The notes: generated from the letters alone by a model not told the origin. A stretch of DNA of 64,000 bases from Patescibacteria group bacterium (GCA_021731245.1 JAKFXT010000002.1:24164-88163); one strand, 5' to 3'. Shown: positions 43,680-54,676, numbered from the stretch's first letter. Made by a program: numbers and translations.

Positions 43680-44252
43680 ATGGAACTCTCAAAATTAATT
43701 GAAGCTATACTTTTTTGGAAAGGAGAACCTATTTCTATTAAAAAATTATCTGAAATAACGAAAAAAAGTATATCGGATATTAATGAAGCTATAACAGTCC
43801 TAGAAAACTCTCTTTCTGAGAGAGGTGTCACTCTATTAAAAAAAGATGACGAGGTAATGCTTGGAACCAAAGGAGAAGCTAGTTCTTTAATTGAAAGCTT
43901 AATAAAAGAAGAACTTCAGAAAGACTTGGGTAAAGCGGGGCTTGAAACTCTCTCTACCATTCTTTATTTAGGACCGGCGACACGAAGCGAAATTGATTAT
44001 ATAAGAGGAGTAAATTCTTCTTTTATAATACGCAATCTACTTATAAGAGGATTAGTTGAGCGTTCTGAAAATGTCCCAAACAAAAGAGGTTACGCTTATA
44101 GTCCAACCTTTGATTTACTTTCTTATTTAGGAATTACTAAAGTAGAAGATTTACCAGAATACAAAGAATTACAGCAAGAATTACTTGAACGTAAAGATGA
44201 AAAGGAACGTGTTGATTATGAACAAAAATTATCAGAAAGTAAACAAGAATAA
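43680..44252 (+). CDS. scpB: SMC-Scp complex subunit ScpB
   Basis: IEAILF..GEP, LETLSTI.Y..P.TRSEIDYIRGVN. Confidence 0.95.
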   Translation: MELSKLIEAILFWKGEPISIKKLSEITKKSISDINEAITVLENSLSERGVTLLKKDDEVMLGTKGEASSLIESLIKEELQKDLGKAGLETLSTILYLGPATRSEIDYIRGVNSSFIIRNLLIRGLVERSENVPNKRGYAYSPTFDLLSYLGITKVEDLPEYKELQQELLERKDEKERVDYEQKLSESKQE

Positions 44253-44257
44253 ATATT

Positions 44258-45328
44258 ATGATAATTGATGTTGTAAAAATATTTCTACCGACAGTCCTTT
44301 CCTTCGTTATAGGTATTACTTTGACTCCACTTCTGACTCATTACCTTTACAAATACCAAATGTGGAAAAAGAAAGCTGGTAAAATTGGGCTCGACGGAAA
44401 AGAAACTGTCATATTCAATCAATTACACAAAGAAAAAGAAGTGGGAACCCCTAGAATGGGAGGAGTCCTTGTTTGGCTCTCTGTTATTACAACGGCATTT
44501 ATTTTATGGTTTCTCGATTATATTTTCTTTGGTTCTACCTTTGATCAGCTAAACTTCTTCAGCCGAAATCAAACTTGGATTCCTATTGCAGCCATGTTTG
44601 TAGGTTCATTGGTTGGACTTATTGACGATTACTTAGAAATAAAGGGGACTGGAACTCATTTTTCAGGGGGGCTTTCACTTAAAAAAAGATTATTAGCTGT
44701 CGCAACCGTGGCTCTTCTTTGCGCTCTTTGGTTTTATTTCAAACTTGAAGTTGCAACTATCTGGCTTCCAGTTTTTGGTGATTTATATATTGGACCATTT
44801 TTCATTCTTTTGTTTGTTATTGTTGCTATAGCTATATATTCAGGTGGAGTCATAGATGGTATAGATGGCCTTTCTGGTGGAGTTTTTGCAGCTATGTTTT
44901 CTGCTTATGCTGGTATTGCTTTCTATCAACAACAATTGGACTTAGCTGCCTTTTGCGGAGTAGTAGTTGGAGGAATTCTTGCTTTTCTTTGGTTCAATAT
45001 TCCACCTGCTAGATTTTATATGTCAGAAACAGGTATGATGGGTCTCACTATAGCTCTATCAATTGTCGCCTTTATGACAGACTCTCTCGGAGAGGGAAAC
45101 GGTCTCATAGTTTTACCAATTATTGCTTTCCCACTTGCTATCACAACTCTTTCAAATATTTTACAATTATTCTCTAAAAAAATACGTGGAAAAAAATTAT
45201 TCTTAGTAGCGCCACTTCATCATCACTTTGAAGCATTAGGCTGGCCACCTTATAAAGTTACTATGCGTTATTGGATAGTTAGCGTTGTCTGCGCAATCTT
45301 TGGTTTAACCCTTGCCTTAATGCTTTAA
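44258..45328 (+). CDS. mraY: Phospho-N-acetylmuramoyl-pentapeptide transferase
   Basis: GTPRMGG, GLIDD, DGIDGL, APLHHHFE. Confidence 0.95.
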   Translation: MIIDVVKIFLPTVLSFVIGITLTPLLTHYLYKYQMWKKKAGKIGLDGKETVIFNQLHKEKEVGTPRMGGVLVWLSVITTAFILWFLDYIFFGSTFDQLNFFSRNQTWIPIAAMFVGSLVGLIDDYLEIKGTGTHFSGGLSLKKRLLAVATVALLCALWFYFKLEVATIWLPVFGDLYIGPFFILLFVIVAIAIYSGGVIDGIDGLSGGVFAAMFSAYAGIAFYQQQLDLAAFCGVVVGGILAFLWFNIPPARFYMSETGMMGLTIALSIVAFMTDSLGEGNGLIVLPIIAFPLAITTLSNILQLFSKKIRGKKLFLVAPLHHHFEALGWPPYKVTMRYWIVSVVCAIFGLTLALML

Positions 45329-45335
45329 AATAAAT

Positions 45336-46436
45336 ATGGGCTCAAACAGATATGACAGAGTTCTCTTTTTCATAGCAGCTGTACTGATTGTCGGTGGTTT
45401 CATAATATTTTCCTCAGCTTCTTTAGGACTTTTAGCACGCGAGGGGGCAAGTTTTGGCAGTATTGCTTTAAAACAATTAATTTTTGGTTTAGGCTTTGGA
45501 AGTGTTGCTTTTTTTATTGCCTTAAATTTACATTATAAAAATTATAGGAAATACGCCTTTTATTTTTTCTTATCGGCCATAATTTTAACCTGTCTTGTTT
45601 TTGTACCTGGTATTGGTTTTTCTCACGGAGGAGCTAAACGTTGGATTGAATTTGCTTCAATTTCTTTTCAACCTGGAGAATTACTAAAGATTGCTTTTGT
45701 AATATATTTTGCCGCTTGGCTTTCTGCTATAAAAGATAAGGTTCAAGTCTCTCGCTTTGGCGTAATACCTTACATAATATTGTCTGTAATAGTGGGCGGC
45801 ATTCTTCTTGCTCAACCAGACACAGATGGATTTCTAATAATTGCTCTAACTGGATTCATAATGCTCTCCGTCTCCGGTGCTAATTGGAAACATTTTATTT
45901 TATTTGCAATTCTCGGAGCTGTCGCTGTAGGAGGTCTTTTTTATACTAAACCATACATAAAAGATCGTGTTTTGACTTTTTACAAGCCAGAGTTGGCTGA
46001 TGACCTTGGTTCTGGGTATCAAATAAATCAATCCTTGATTGCAATAGGCTCCGGAGGGCTCTCTGGTCGGGGCTTTGGCCAAAGCATACAAAAATTTGAA
46101 TATTTACCAGAACCGATAGGGGATTCTATATTCGCCGTTGCAGGAGAAGAATTCGGTTTTATTGGCACAACCACGCTACTTATATTTTTTATTATTTTTG
46201 CATTACGTGGAATTAAAATATCAAGCAACGCGAAGGACTCATTCGGGCAATTATTGGGTATTGGCATTGTCCTCCTGATTATCATTCAGTCCTTTATAAA
46301 CATGGCTTCGATGATTGGTCTTTTCCCACTCTCTGGGACCCCTCTCGTATTTGTAAGCCAAGGGGGAACATCTCTCATGTTGGCGCTTGCTGAAGTGGGG
46401 ATTCTCTTAAACATATCTAGATACCAGAAGAGCTAA
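45336..46436 (+). CDS. ftsW: Peptidoglycan glycosyltransferase FtsW (SEDS)
   Basis: GAKRWI, FQPGELLK, QPD, GYQ..QSLIAIGSGG, EEFG. Confidence 0.93.
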   Translation: MGSNRYDRVLFFIAAVLIVGGFIIFSSASLGLLAREGASFGSIALKQLIFGLGFGSVAFFIALNLHYKNYRKYAFYFFLSAIILTCLVFVPGIGFSHGGAKRWIEFASISFQPGELLKIAFVIYFAAWLSAIKDKVQVSRFGVIPYIILSVIVGGILLAQPDTDGFLIIALTGFIMLSVSGANWKHFILFAILGAVAVGGLFYTKPYIKDRVLTFYKPELADDLGSGYQINQSLIAIGSGGLSGRGFGQSIQKFEYLPEPIGDSIFAVAGEEFGFIGTTTLLIFFIIFALRGIKISSNAKDSFGQLLGIGIVLLIIIQSFINMASMIGLFPLSGTPLVFVSQGGTSLMLALAEVGILLNISRYQKS

Positions 46437-46522
46437 GCAAATGAGCCAAAAATGGCTTTTTTTGATATAATTAGCCCTATACGGTCATGGATGAGGGAGT
46501 CTTAATTTAGCTTTAAAACCCA

Positions 46523-47650
46523 ATGAAAATACTATTCACCGGTGGCGTCACGGGAGGGCATTTCTATCCTATTATCGCCATAGCCAAGGAAGTACAGAAA
46601 ATAGCAAAAGAGGAGCATGCTTTGCCCCCTAAGATGTACTTTATGGCGCCCGGCCCATATGACACCAGGCTTCTTTTTGAAAATGAGATTGAATTTATTC
46701 AGGCCCCAGCGGGTAAAATGCGTCGTTATTTTTCTATAGCTAACTTTTTTGACTTAATAAAAACTTTTATTGGTGTAATTAAAGCGATAATATCGGTCTT
46801 CTCTGTATATCCAGATGTTGTTGTAGGGAAAGGTGGGTACGGTTCATTTCCAGCACTTTTGGCCGCAAGATTGTTTAATATACCAGTGATAATTCATGAG
46901 TCCGACACAGTACCTGGAAAAGTTAATTCTTGGGCGGGTAAATTTGCCACTCGCATCGCAACGTCCTACCCAGAAACTGTTAAATTATTTTCAGAAGAAA
47001 GAACTGCTTGGACGGGACAACCAATAAGATATGAAGTGACTCAGCCGATTAAAGAAGGTGCTCACGAATTTCTAAAACTTGAAAAAGAAGTACCGATAAT
47101 TCTTATTTTGGGCGGCTCTCAAGGAGCTCAAAAATTAAATGATGTCATTTTGGATTTACTTCCAAAATTATTAAATAAGTATCAAATAATTCACCAGACA
47201 GGAGAGGCGAATTATAAAGATGTGATTAATACAGCTTCTGTTGTTCTAGAAAAACATGAGCACCCTACTCGTTACAGGCCATTTGCGTATTTAAATGAAT
47301 TGGCTCTTCGAATGAGCGCAGGAGTCTCTTCCGTTATAGTCACTCGTGCCGGCTCTACTTTATTTGAAGTAGCAAGTTGGGGATTACCTTCAATTGTTGT
47401 GCCAATTGGAGAAGATGTAAGTCATGACCAGACTACAAACGCTTTTGCATATGCAAGGTCAGGTGCCGCAAACGTAATAGAAGAAAAGAATTTAACTTCA
47501 AGCATTTTGGATTTTGAAATTGATAAAATAATGAATAACAAAGATTTGCAAGAAAATATGAAGAAAGAGGCTTTAGCTTTTGCCAAACCGGACGCAGCAA
47601 AAAAAATAGCTAGGGCCATCTTTGAAATAGCTATTAAACACGAATCATAA
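46523..47650 (+). CDS. murG: MurG N-acetylglucosamine transferase
   Basis: TGGVTGGHFYP, GGYGS, IHESD, GGSQGA, RAGS. Confidence 0.96.
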   Translation: MKILFTGGVTGGHFYPIIAIAKEVQKIAKEEHALPPKMYFMAPGPYDTRLLFENEIEFIQAPAGKMRRYFSIANFFDLIKTFIGVIKAIISVFSVYPDVVVGKGGYGSFPALLAARLFNIPVIIHESDTVPGKVNSWAGKFATRIATSYPETVKLFSEERTAWTGQPIRYEVTQPIKEGAHEFLKLEKEVPIILILGGSQGAQKLNDVILDLLPKLLNKYQIIHQTGEANYKDVINTASVVLEKHEHPTRYRPFAYLNELALRMSAGVSSVIVTRAGSTLFEVASWGLPSIVVPIGEDVSHDQTTNAFAYARSGAANVIEEKNLTSSILDFEIDKIMNNKDLQENMKKEALAFAKPDAAKKIARAIFEIAIKHES

Positions 47651-47652
47651 AA

Positions 47653-49047
47653 ATGAAAATAATTACCCGATTTCCACCGAGTCCAACGGGACTTCTTCAT
47701 ATAGGTAGTGCAAGAACCGCCCTTTTTAATTATTTATATGCCCAAAAAGAGGGGGGTAAAATGCTTTTGCGCTTTGAAGACACTGATAAGTCTCGTTCCA
47801 AAAAAGAATATGAGGAAGATATTTTCAAAGGGCTTGAGTGGCTTGGAATGGGGTTTAGTGAAGTCTTTCACCAATCAGAAAGAACTTTAGTTTATAGAAA
47901 ATATTTGGAAAAACTTTTAGCGGAAGAGAAAGCTTATTATTCTGATGAAAGTAAGGTCACAGAATTTAAAAGTGAGGGAGATGAATCAGAAAACCCAGCT
48001 GAAACTCTTATAGACGCTCCACTTCGCGTGATAAGACTTAAAAATCCTAAAAAAGTCATAACTTTTAATGACGCTGTGCGTGGCGAAATCTCAATTGATA
48101 CTACTGAACTTGGTGATTTTATTATCGCAAGAAGTATAGAGGAACCCCTATACCACTTCGCGGTCGTGGTAGACGACTTTGAAATGGAAGTAAGTCATAT
48201 AATAAGAGGGGAGGACGGAATATATAATGCACCAAGGCAAATATTGATACAGGAAGCAATCGGTGCACCTCGCCCCGTTTATTGCCATATACCATTCGTT
48301 TTAGGCGAGGATAAAAGCAAACTCTCTAAAAGGCATGGTGCAGTGTCCGTGAATGAATACAGAGCCATGGGAATTCTGCCGGATGCCCTTTTAAACTATT
48401 TAGCACTTCTTGGCTGGAACCCAGGAACTGAAAAAGAAATATTTACTCGTGAAGAGCTTATAAAAGAATTCTCTTTCTCTAAAATTCAAAAGAGTGGAGC
48501 TGTTTTCAATCTCGAGAAGCTCCGTTGGGTAAATAGAGAGCATATAAAAAATATGCCTCTGCCTGATTTCAAAAAGTTAGTACTTTTGTGGATTCCTAAA
48601 GAAATAACGACACTTCCTGAGTGGAGTGATGATCGTCTTAATAGATTTCTACCAGATTTGAAAGATAGAATTGCTGTTTTAAAAGAAATAAATGATTTGG
48701 CGAATGCAGGCGAACTTTCTTATATATTTGATAAACCACAATATGAAACAGAACTTTTATTACCTAAGAAGGGCGAAAAAAGTAAGGAGGTGCTCGTCTC
48801 ACATCTAGAAAAAGTTGTTGATTTTATAAGCACAATAGATGCTACAAAACTTTTCAACAAAGATACTGTAAAGGAAGCAATTTGGGATTATGCAGGAGAA
48901 CAAGGTAGGGGGAATGTACTCTGGCCAATGCGTGTTGCCCTTTCTGGTAAGCAGAAATCACCTGACCCATTTACCCTTTCAGAAATTTTTGGAAAGGAGC
49001 AGACCACAATCAGATTGCAGAGCGCTATAGCATTGCTCAAAGGTTGA
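47653..49047 (+). CDS. gltX: Glutamate--tRNA ligase
   Basis: RFPPSPTGLLHIG, LRFEDTD, HIIRGED, KLSKR. Confidence 0.96.
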   Translation: MKIITRFPPSPTGLLHIGSARTALFNYLYAQKEGGKMLLRFEDTDKSRSKKEYEEDIFKGLEWLGMGFSEVFHQSERTLVYRKYLEKLLAEEKAYYSDESKVTEFKSEGDESENPAETLIDAPLRVIRLKNPKKVITFNDAVRGEISIDTTELGDFIIARSIEEPLYHFAVVVDDFEMEVSHIIRGEDGIYNAPRQILIQEAIGAPRPVYCHIPFVLGEDKSKLSKRHGAVSVNEYRAMGILPDALLNYLALLGWNPGTEKEIFTREELIKEFSFSKIQKSGAVFNLEKLRWVNREHIKNMPLPDFKKLVLLWIPKEITTLPEWSDDRLNRFLPDLKDRIAVLKEINDLANAGELSYIFDKPQYETELLLPKKGEKSKEVLVSHLEKVVDFISTIDATKLFNKDTVKEAIWDYAGEQGRGNVLWPMRVALSGKQKSPDPFTLSEIFGKEQTTIRLQSAIALLKG

Positions 49048-49072
49048 GAAGTTAAAATCAAATTGTAAATTT

Positions 49073-50452
49073 ATGTTTAAAAAAGCTCTTCACAAAAAAA
49101 TAAAAATCTTCTTCTCAGCAACTATTTTACTCTCAGTTCTTTTTCCTAATATACTCATATCAGTGAGTGCCCAAGTATCGACAAGCACCCTAACCTCAGT
49201 AGAAGAAGCTGAAGCGGCACTCAAAGCCGAGGAAGACGCTCGCCTTCAAAAGGAATCTAGTATTTCTCAAATAAAATCCCAAATAAGTACCAAAAACCAA
49301 GAAATAGCGGAACTGGAAAAAGAAATAAAAGAATTCCAAGAACAAATACAAAAGACGGGCACAGAACAAAAAACCTTAAATAATGAGCTTAAAACTCTAG
49401 AATTAACCCGCAAAAAACTAGCGGCGGATATTTCTCTTACTAATAAGAAAATAGAAAGTACAAATCTTACAATTCAATCCTTAACTAAAAATATTTCGCA
49501 AAAACAAAGCGCTATCGGAGTCCAACAAGACGGACTTCGTTCAACCATAAAAAAAGCTAAAGAAGCTGATGACTTTTCATTACTTGAGGCACTTCTCAAA
49601 AATCAATCACTAAGTACTTTTTGGAATACAAAAATTGAGCTTGCTGAACTCCACGAAAGCATGTCGGCTCGTGTACAGACGCTTCTTGCCATAAAAGAAG
49701 ACCTGACTAAAACCAAGACAACGACAGAAGTAGAGCAAAAAAAACTAACTAAATTAAACAGCCAATTGGGAGATCAGAAAAACATTGTTGAAGTAAATAA
49801 AAAACAAACAGATCAAGTACTAAAAGAAACAAAAAATAAAGAGTCGGAATATAAAAAGCTATTAGCGGAACGCGAGGCACGTCGTCTTGCTGTAGAAAAA
49901 GAAGTTAGTGACTACGAGTCGCAGCTTCGCCTCATCATTGACCCAAATAGTTATCCAACACCAAGCAAAGTGCTTTTTGCGCCACTTGATATTTTACTTA
50001 TGACGCAGGCTTTTGGTGACACTGACTTCGCAAGACAAAATGCCGGTGTTTATAGTGGTAAGGGTCACAATGGAGTGGACTTCAGAGCATCTCCCGGAAC
50101 TCCAGTAAAGTCCGCCGCATCCGGCATTATCCTTGGAACAGGAAACACTGACACAGTGTGTCCTGGGGCCTCATACGGCAAATGGGTATTTATAAAGCAC
50201 GGCAACGGTCTCTCCACCATTTACGCCCACCTCTCGCTTATAAAGGCCGTGGAAGGGACTCAGGTTGAGGCAGGGGAACTCATTGGATATTCAGGTAATA
50301 CTGGATACTCCACTGGCCCACACCTACACTTTGGATTATTCGCTTCTCAAGGAATTCAAATAACAAATCTTAAGAGTAAGGTTTGTCGTGGTACTTACAG
50401 AGTTCCTGTTGCGGACCTACGTGCCTATCTAAACCCAATGTTGTATCTCTAG
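49073..50452 (+). CDS. Coiled-coil M23 peptidoglycan DD-endopeptidase
   Basis: Signal peptide, long coiled coil, HNGVD, YAHL, STGPHLHF. Confidence 0.93.
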   Translation: MFKKALHKKIKIFFSATILLSVLFPNILISVSAQVSTSTLTSVEEAEAALKAEEDARLQKESSISQIKSQISTKNQEIAELEKEIKEFQEQIQKTGTEQKTLNNELKTLELTRKKLAADISLTNKKIESTNLTIQSLTKNISQKQSAIGVQQDGLRSTIKKAKEADDFSLLEALLKNQSLSTFWNTKIELAELHESMSARVQTLLAIKEDLTKTKTTTEVEQKKLTKLNSQLGDQKNIVEVNKKQTDQVLKETKNKESEYKKLLAEREARRLAVEKEVSDYESQLRLIIDPNSYPTPSKVLFAPLDILLMTQAFGDTDFARQNAGVYSGKGHNGVDFRASPGTPVKSAASGIILGTGNTDTVCPGASYGKWVFIKHGNGLSTIYAHLSLIKAVEGTQVEAGELIGYSGNTGYSTGPHLHFGLFASQGIQITNLKSKVCRGTYRVPVADLRAYLNPMLYL

Positions 50453-50516
50453 GGCTGTATTTGTAACCCACAAGCAATAACTTACAACTCATCATATTTA
50501 AGATAAAATTACATTA

Positions 50517-50831
50517 ATGAAAAGACAAACAAACGGGGGATTAGTGGGGCTCATAATAATGATAGTAATCGGAATATTTGCGCTTAGTTATTTTGGGATT
50601 TCTATTCGCGGTATAACCGAGTCCGACACAGGTAAAGAAAATATCGGTTTCGTAAAAGAAACTTCTATAAAGATTTGGGATGGTTATCTCAAAAAACCAG
50701 CTGAATATCTCTGGTATGACATTTGGCTAGACCTATCATGGCACCCATTTGTAGAAACATTAAAATCCCTTAAAGCGGGTAGGGGAACGGGAATAGAGCC
50801 ACCCACACCCAATCTCACTTCTGTAGATTAG
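50517..50831 (+). CDS. Small membrane protein with pilin-like N-terminus
   Basis: MKRQTNGG-LVGLIIMIVI; TAAAAT 7 nt upstream. Confidence 0.7.
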   Translation: MKRQTNGGLVGLIIMIVIGIFALSYFGISIRGITESDTGKENIGFVKETSIKIWDGYLKKPAEYLWYDIWLDLSWHPFVETLKSLKAGRGTGIEPPTPNLTSVD

Positions 50832-50836
50832 TTTTT

Positions 50837-51316
50837 ATGTCACACATAAACGAGAAAATTGACTACACAGTGGATGTTTATATTGTCTACAAAAATAAAG
50901 TACTGCTCCGTTTACATGAAAAATACAATGTTTGGCTTGGAGTTGGTGGCCACATAGAACTTGATGAAAATCCAAATCAAGCAGCAATTCGTGAAGTAAA
51001 AGAAGAAGTTGGTCTCGACATAACTATTTTTAATTCCTTAGATTTAGAAATATCTAAAATTAATAAAGAAAAAAAGAATGGAAAATATTTAGAATTAATA
51101 CCTCCAGTCTTTATGAATATGCATCCAATAGATGATATTCACAGTCATGTATCTTTAATATATTTCGCTGAAGCCAAGAATGATGAGGTTATTCCAGAAA
51201 ACATTGATGATCAATGGAAATGGTTGTCCAAAAAAGAATTAGAGGAAATGCAAAATGAAATTCATCCTCAAGTTTATCTCTATGCAAACAAAGCATTAGA
51301 GTGTTTGACAAATTAA
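50837..51316 (+). CDS. NUDIX hydrolase
   Basis: GGHIELDENPNQAAIREVKEEVGL. Confidence 0.93.
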   Translation: MSHINEKIDYTVDVYIVYKNKVLLRLHEKYNVWLGVGGHIELDENPNQAAIREVKEEVGLDITIFNSLDLEISKINKEKKNGKYLELIPPVFMNMHPIDDIHSHVSLIYFAEAKNDEVIPENIDDQWKWLSKKELEEMQNEIHPQVYLYANKALECLTN

Positions 51317-51394
51317 ATAATAAATTGTAAAGTTTTTAAAGCGTACAAATTGGGCAATCTTGCCCAAACCAAACAAAGAAAGGTGGATAAAACC

Positions 51395-51826
51395 ATGGAA
51401 GAAGACCCGGGCTTTTTGAGGAGGAATCTCCTCTACAAGTATCTGGGAGATGTGGAGCCATACATCAAGCGCTATTACTGGGTGGCCATCATCTGCGGAG
51501 TGGTCCTCTGGTACGGCTGGCTCCCCAGCGGTTGGGTCAAGGCCTCTACTTGGGTTGCCTTCATCCCAACGCTTTTCGTTGCCTTATTTCACTTCGTTTC
51601 CGCTTACAACACAAGACGTGAAGAAAGACAGGAAATTGAGGAAAGAAAATCGAAGAAAAACAAAAAACCAAGCAACGAGGACACTGTCATCAGCCTCGAG
51701 ACAAGAAGAATTCGGGCGGCGAAAAAAAGGCAGGAGGAAGCCCAGCAGGCCGCCGCAAAAAAGGAAGGGGAGAGAAAAGAGCAGGAGAAACAAGACCACC
51801 TGGACTTCACCCAGGTCCAGAAGTAA
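51395..51826 (+). CDS. Orphan two-TM protein with charged tail
   Basis: GAAAGGTGG upstream of ATG 51395; terminator downstream. Confidence 0.65.
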   Translation: MEEDPGFLRRNLLYKYLGDVEPYIKRYYWVAIICGVVLWYGWLPSGWVKASTWVAFIPTLFVALFHFVSAYNTRREERQEIEERKSKKNKKPSNEDTVISLETRRIRAAKKRQEEAQQAAAKKEGERKEQEKQDHLDFTQVQK

Positions 51827-51844
51827 GAACACCAAGAACACCCC

Positions 51845-51877
51845 GGCCGGAAGCCCAGCGCTTCCGGCCATTTTTTT
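51845..51877 (+). terminator. Intrinsic terminator
   Basis: GGCCGGAAGC-CCAGC-GCTTCCGGCC followed by a T-run. Confidence 0.8.
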
Positions 51878-51921
51878 ATTTTATATAAAAACAAACGCCC
51901 CGACGCGACGTCGGGGCTGGC

Positions 51922-52179
51922 TTACTCCTTCCATGAAAAGGTTTCTCCTTCCTCAATGCCAGCGAACTTGGATTCTTTGACTTCGACCTTGAACTCGCCG
52001 TTCTGGTCCTTCTCGTAGACATAGACCAGCACCGTTCCTTTCGGTGTGATGGGGGTGTCGAGGTTTCCGTATTTTATGACGAGATTTATTTCCAGTTTTT
52101 CCCCCGTTTGGATGACAGTAGCCCCGTACAGACCGCTTTCGAGGTCAGACGATGGCTTAAGCAGGGAAATATCGGGCAT
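51922..52179 (-). CDS. Orphan hypothetical protein
   Basis: 85 aa, AAGGA upstream, hairpin GCCCCGACG/CGTCGGGGC downstream. Confidence 0.65.
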   Translation of the reverse strand: MPDISLLKPSSDLESGLYGATVIQTGEKLEINLVIKYGNLDTPITPKGTVLVYVYEKDQNGEFKVEVKESKFAGIEEGETFSWKE

Positions 52180-52329
52180 ATAATGTCCTTTGCAGAGGGT
52201 CAGAATTGACTAATTTGCACATTATCTTGTTTTACAAAAAGTGTCTATTCATTACCCTTTGACCAAATAAGGAGTCGAGAGTAATGTATTTTTAGGCAGT
52301 TCAACTAATTCCGACAGGAGGATTCCGCA

Positions 52330-52740
52330 ATGGCTGCAATGAAAGCTCCAAAAAACAAACCTTTCGCAACCAAAGCGAAAGTCCTTTTCTATGATGGATT
52401 GAGAGTCTTTGCCACCGAAGTGCCACACGGCCTCAAAGTGGTTTTCTGGCCGATTGAGAGTCAGCGTCATTACAAAAATACGCCCGCAACGATGGGGAGA
52501 TTGATTCTCTTGACCAATGCTCCTCGCGAAAGTCACGTGCTGCTCGAAGTGGATGGCGTTCCAAGAAAAGAATGTGGGCGCATGATGCGAATTCTTGGCT
52601 TTTGCTTCATCAGCGGAGACCACCGCGAAGGACATTTCTTGTCCTCTCGCAAAATGTCGAGAAACCATCGCAGTCACGATTCTCGCAACAAACTCATCAA
52701 CCAGTGGGTCAAAGGAGAAATCGACACCTGCTCACGTTAA
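52330..52740 (+). CDS. Orphan basic protein
   Basis: CAGGAGG SD before ATG; terminator at 52746-52777. Confidence 0.6.
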   Translation: MAAMKAPKNKPFATKAKVLFYDGLRVFATEVPHGLKVVFWPIESQRHYKNTPATMGRLILLTNAPRESHVLLEVDGVPRKECGRMMRILGFCFISGDHREGHFLSSRKMSRNHRSHDSRNKLINQWVKGEIDTCSR

Positions 52741-52798
52741 AATTCAACCGCTTCACAGGAAACCTGGGAGCGGTTTTCTGTTTTTATAATTGAAAAAA

Positions 52799-52966
52799 TT
52801 ATTCAGGTTTCTTTTTATAAACTTCGTAAGCTGAATAAAGAACGAGCCAGACACAAAATATATAGAGCCAAGTATCATCTTTGCCGTTTACCCACCAAGC
52901 GATTACAAGAAAAGCAAAGACCCCGATGAAGACGAACATCATTCCGTATTTCTTTAAGATATCCAT
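52799..52966 (-). CDS. Small two-TM protein, 55 aa (not in ORF track)
   Basis: MDILKKYGMMFVFIGVFAFLVIAWWVNGKDDTWLYIFCVWLVLYSAYEVYKKKPE*. Confidence 0.6.
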   Translation of the reverse strand: MDILKKYGMMFVFIGVFAFLVIAWWVNGKDDTWLYIFCVWLVLYSAYEVYKKKPE

Positions 52967-53001
52967 AATATTTCAATTGTTACAGATGGATTATTTGTTT
53001 T

Positions 53002-53205
53002 TTATGAACTACCATCACCACCGCCACTGCCGCCATCACCAGTAGAGCCTCCGTCAGTACTTTCAGAGCCATTTGCTCCATCTGCTTCAGAGCCTGACTC
53101 TTCAGAATCATCTGAGGGAAAGACGGGAGCAGTATAGGCGCCTCCATCTCCACTATCCTTATTAGGTTTCTTAGGTCCAAACATTTTTTTGAATATTTCA
53201 AACAT
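53002..53205 (-). CDS. Small Gly/Ser/Asp-rich low-complexity protein
   Basis: 67 aa; -10-like TATAAT just upstream on the minus strand. Confidence 0.6.
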   Translation of the reverse strand: MFEIFKKMFGPKKPNKDSGDGGAYTAPVFPSDDSEESGSEADGANGSESTDGGSTGDGGSGGGDGSS

Positions 53206-53551
53206 ATAACTAATTATATCAGGCTTTGTATCTTACCTCCTTGACCAAATAAAAAAAGCCGCACCCAATTTATTTTTATTATAAATTCTGGGGTACGGCT
53301 GGTATTGCGAGCCAACAAACGAGCTGACATCGAGAGTGTTTCGAGCAAAACAACGAGAAGAACAACGAGTCGCGAATGACCCCCGAGGAACCACGACGCG
53401 CATCAGACCTTGAAAGAACTTGGGGACGGCCGTCCCTTTCGAACTCCCAGAAGACCTGTTGGCCTAGCGTCAACCGTAACCCCTCGGAGGTATATAGAAA
53501 ATAACAATTAGATGACTTTCTGTCAATTCACCCTCGAAAAAGGAGATTGTC

Positions 53552-54037
53552 TCACAAAATAGAAAAAGTAAGTGTCATTGGAGAATGGAAAGGTGTGGCA
53601 CTCCATTGCCCCTTTAACTTACGAAAACATTCTTGCGTCATTCTAATAGATTCCTCAATAAGCCAAGGCGGCAATGGTTCATGATAACTATTATATAAAT
53701 TATTAAAGCTCTCCATCGCTTCAATGGGAGTAATTAAATCTTTCATTACAGCCGTTAGTACTCCTACGACTCGCTCGGTATTTACGATCTCAGAATCTCG
53801 CAGTGGGTCTGAGCTACCTAGCCCAGAAGAAAGCTCAGCGTAAGATTTTCCTGATGCCAATAATCCAAAGAACGAATATTTAAGGCCCACCTGTGTTTCA
53901 AGTGCATAATGAATCAAGTCATGCTCAAGGGTGCTCTTCGTCTCATTTTTTACTATATCCCAGTCTCCATCTCCTTTTCTATATTCAAACATGTGATGGG
54001 TCGGGGATATTCGGGTAAAACGGATCGTGAGAATCAT
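53552..54037 (-). CDS. Hypothetical protein with HDxxH..E motif
   Basis: 161 aa; LEHDLIHYALE...FFG. Confidence 0.7.
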   Translation of the reverse strand: MILTIRFTRISPTHHMFEYRKGDGDWDIVKNETKSTLEHDLIHYALETQVGLKYSFFGLLASGKSYAELSSGLGSSDPLRDSEIVNTERVVGVLTAVMKDLITPIEAMESFNNLYNSYHEPLPPWLIEESIRMTQECFRKLKGQWSATPFHSPMTLTFSIL

Positions 54038-54370
54038 TCACTTATTTTATCAAATTATGTAGAACCTTGAAAAAGGAAAGAAAAGTGATAGAAATAAAGG
54101 TAGACCACCTCACAGGAGGGAGATAACACATGGAAGACCACGGTGATACGATTCCGCCAGTCGGCTCTTATCAGACGATTGCCTTCGCGGTTTGCCACCC
54201 AGTAAAATTCGTACAGTCGCTCTAGAGAATGTTTACCGAAGCGGCTGGCTGGCAATAGCCCACCTTTTTCTCAACCCCCCGCTTCGGCGGGGTTTTTTCT
54301 TTACCCTTTGACCAAATGGGGGATTAGGTGGCAAAAGATATAAAACAGGATGATGTGCGGAAAGAAAAAA

Positions 54371-54676
54371 TTACCTCTTCTTCGGTTTTGGTTTCTCAGG
54401 TCCTTTCTTGTCAGAATCTCCAATATCTTGTATCGGAGACATTAACGGTTCATTCGAAAGCCGAGCGTCAAATTTTTGTCCAGTTTTCGCTTCGATTTCT
54501 TCTACTTGTTTTAAAAGCAATCTTCCTATTTGTTTGGCGGTGGCTAAGTGGAAAAGAAACGTATATTTCTCTGTCCCTGACCTCAACCAGAACTGAAGTA
54601 AGCCATTCACAGCCTGAGCTTTAGCTTCGTCGACAAAAATCTTTTCAGGGCCATTTGTAAATATAGGGTCTTCCAT
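54371..54676 (-). CDS. Hypothetical protein
   Basis: 101-aa ATG ORF with natural composition. Confidence 0.65.
   Translation of the reverse strand: MEDPIFTNGPEKIFVDEAKAQAVNGLLQFWLRSGTEKYTFLFHLATAKQIGRLLLKQVEEIEAKTGQKFDARLSNEPLMSPIQDIGDSDKKGPEKPKPKKR

Noticed and set aside
51450-52789. Multiple overlapping alternative ORFs in the GC-richer orphan region
   Set aside because: Shadow frames expected at higher GC; they lack start and terminator signals.
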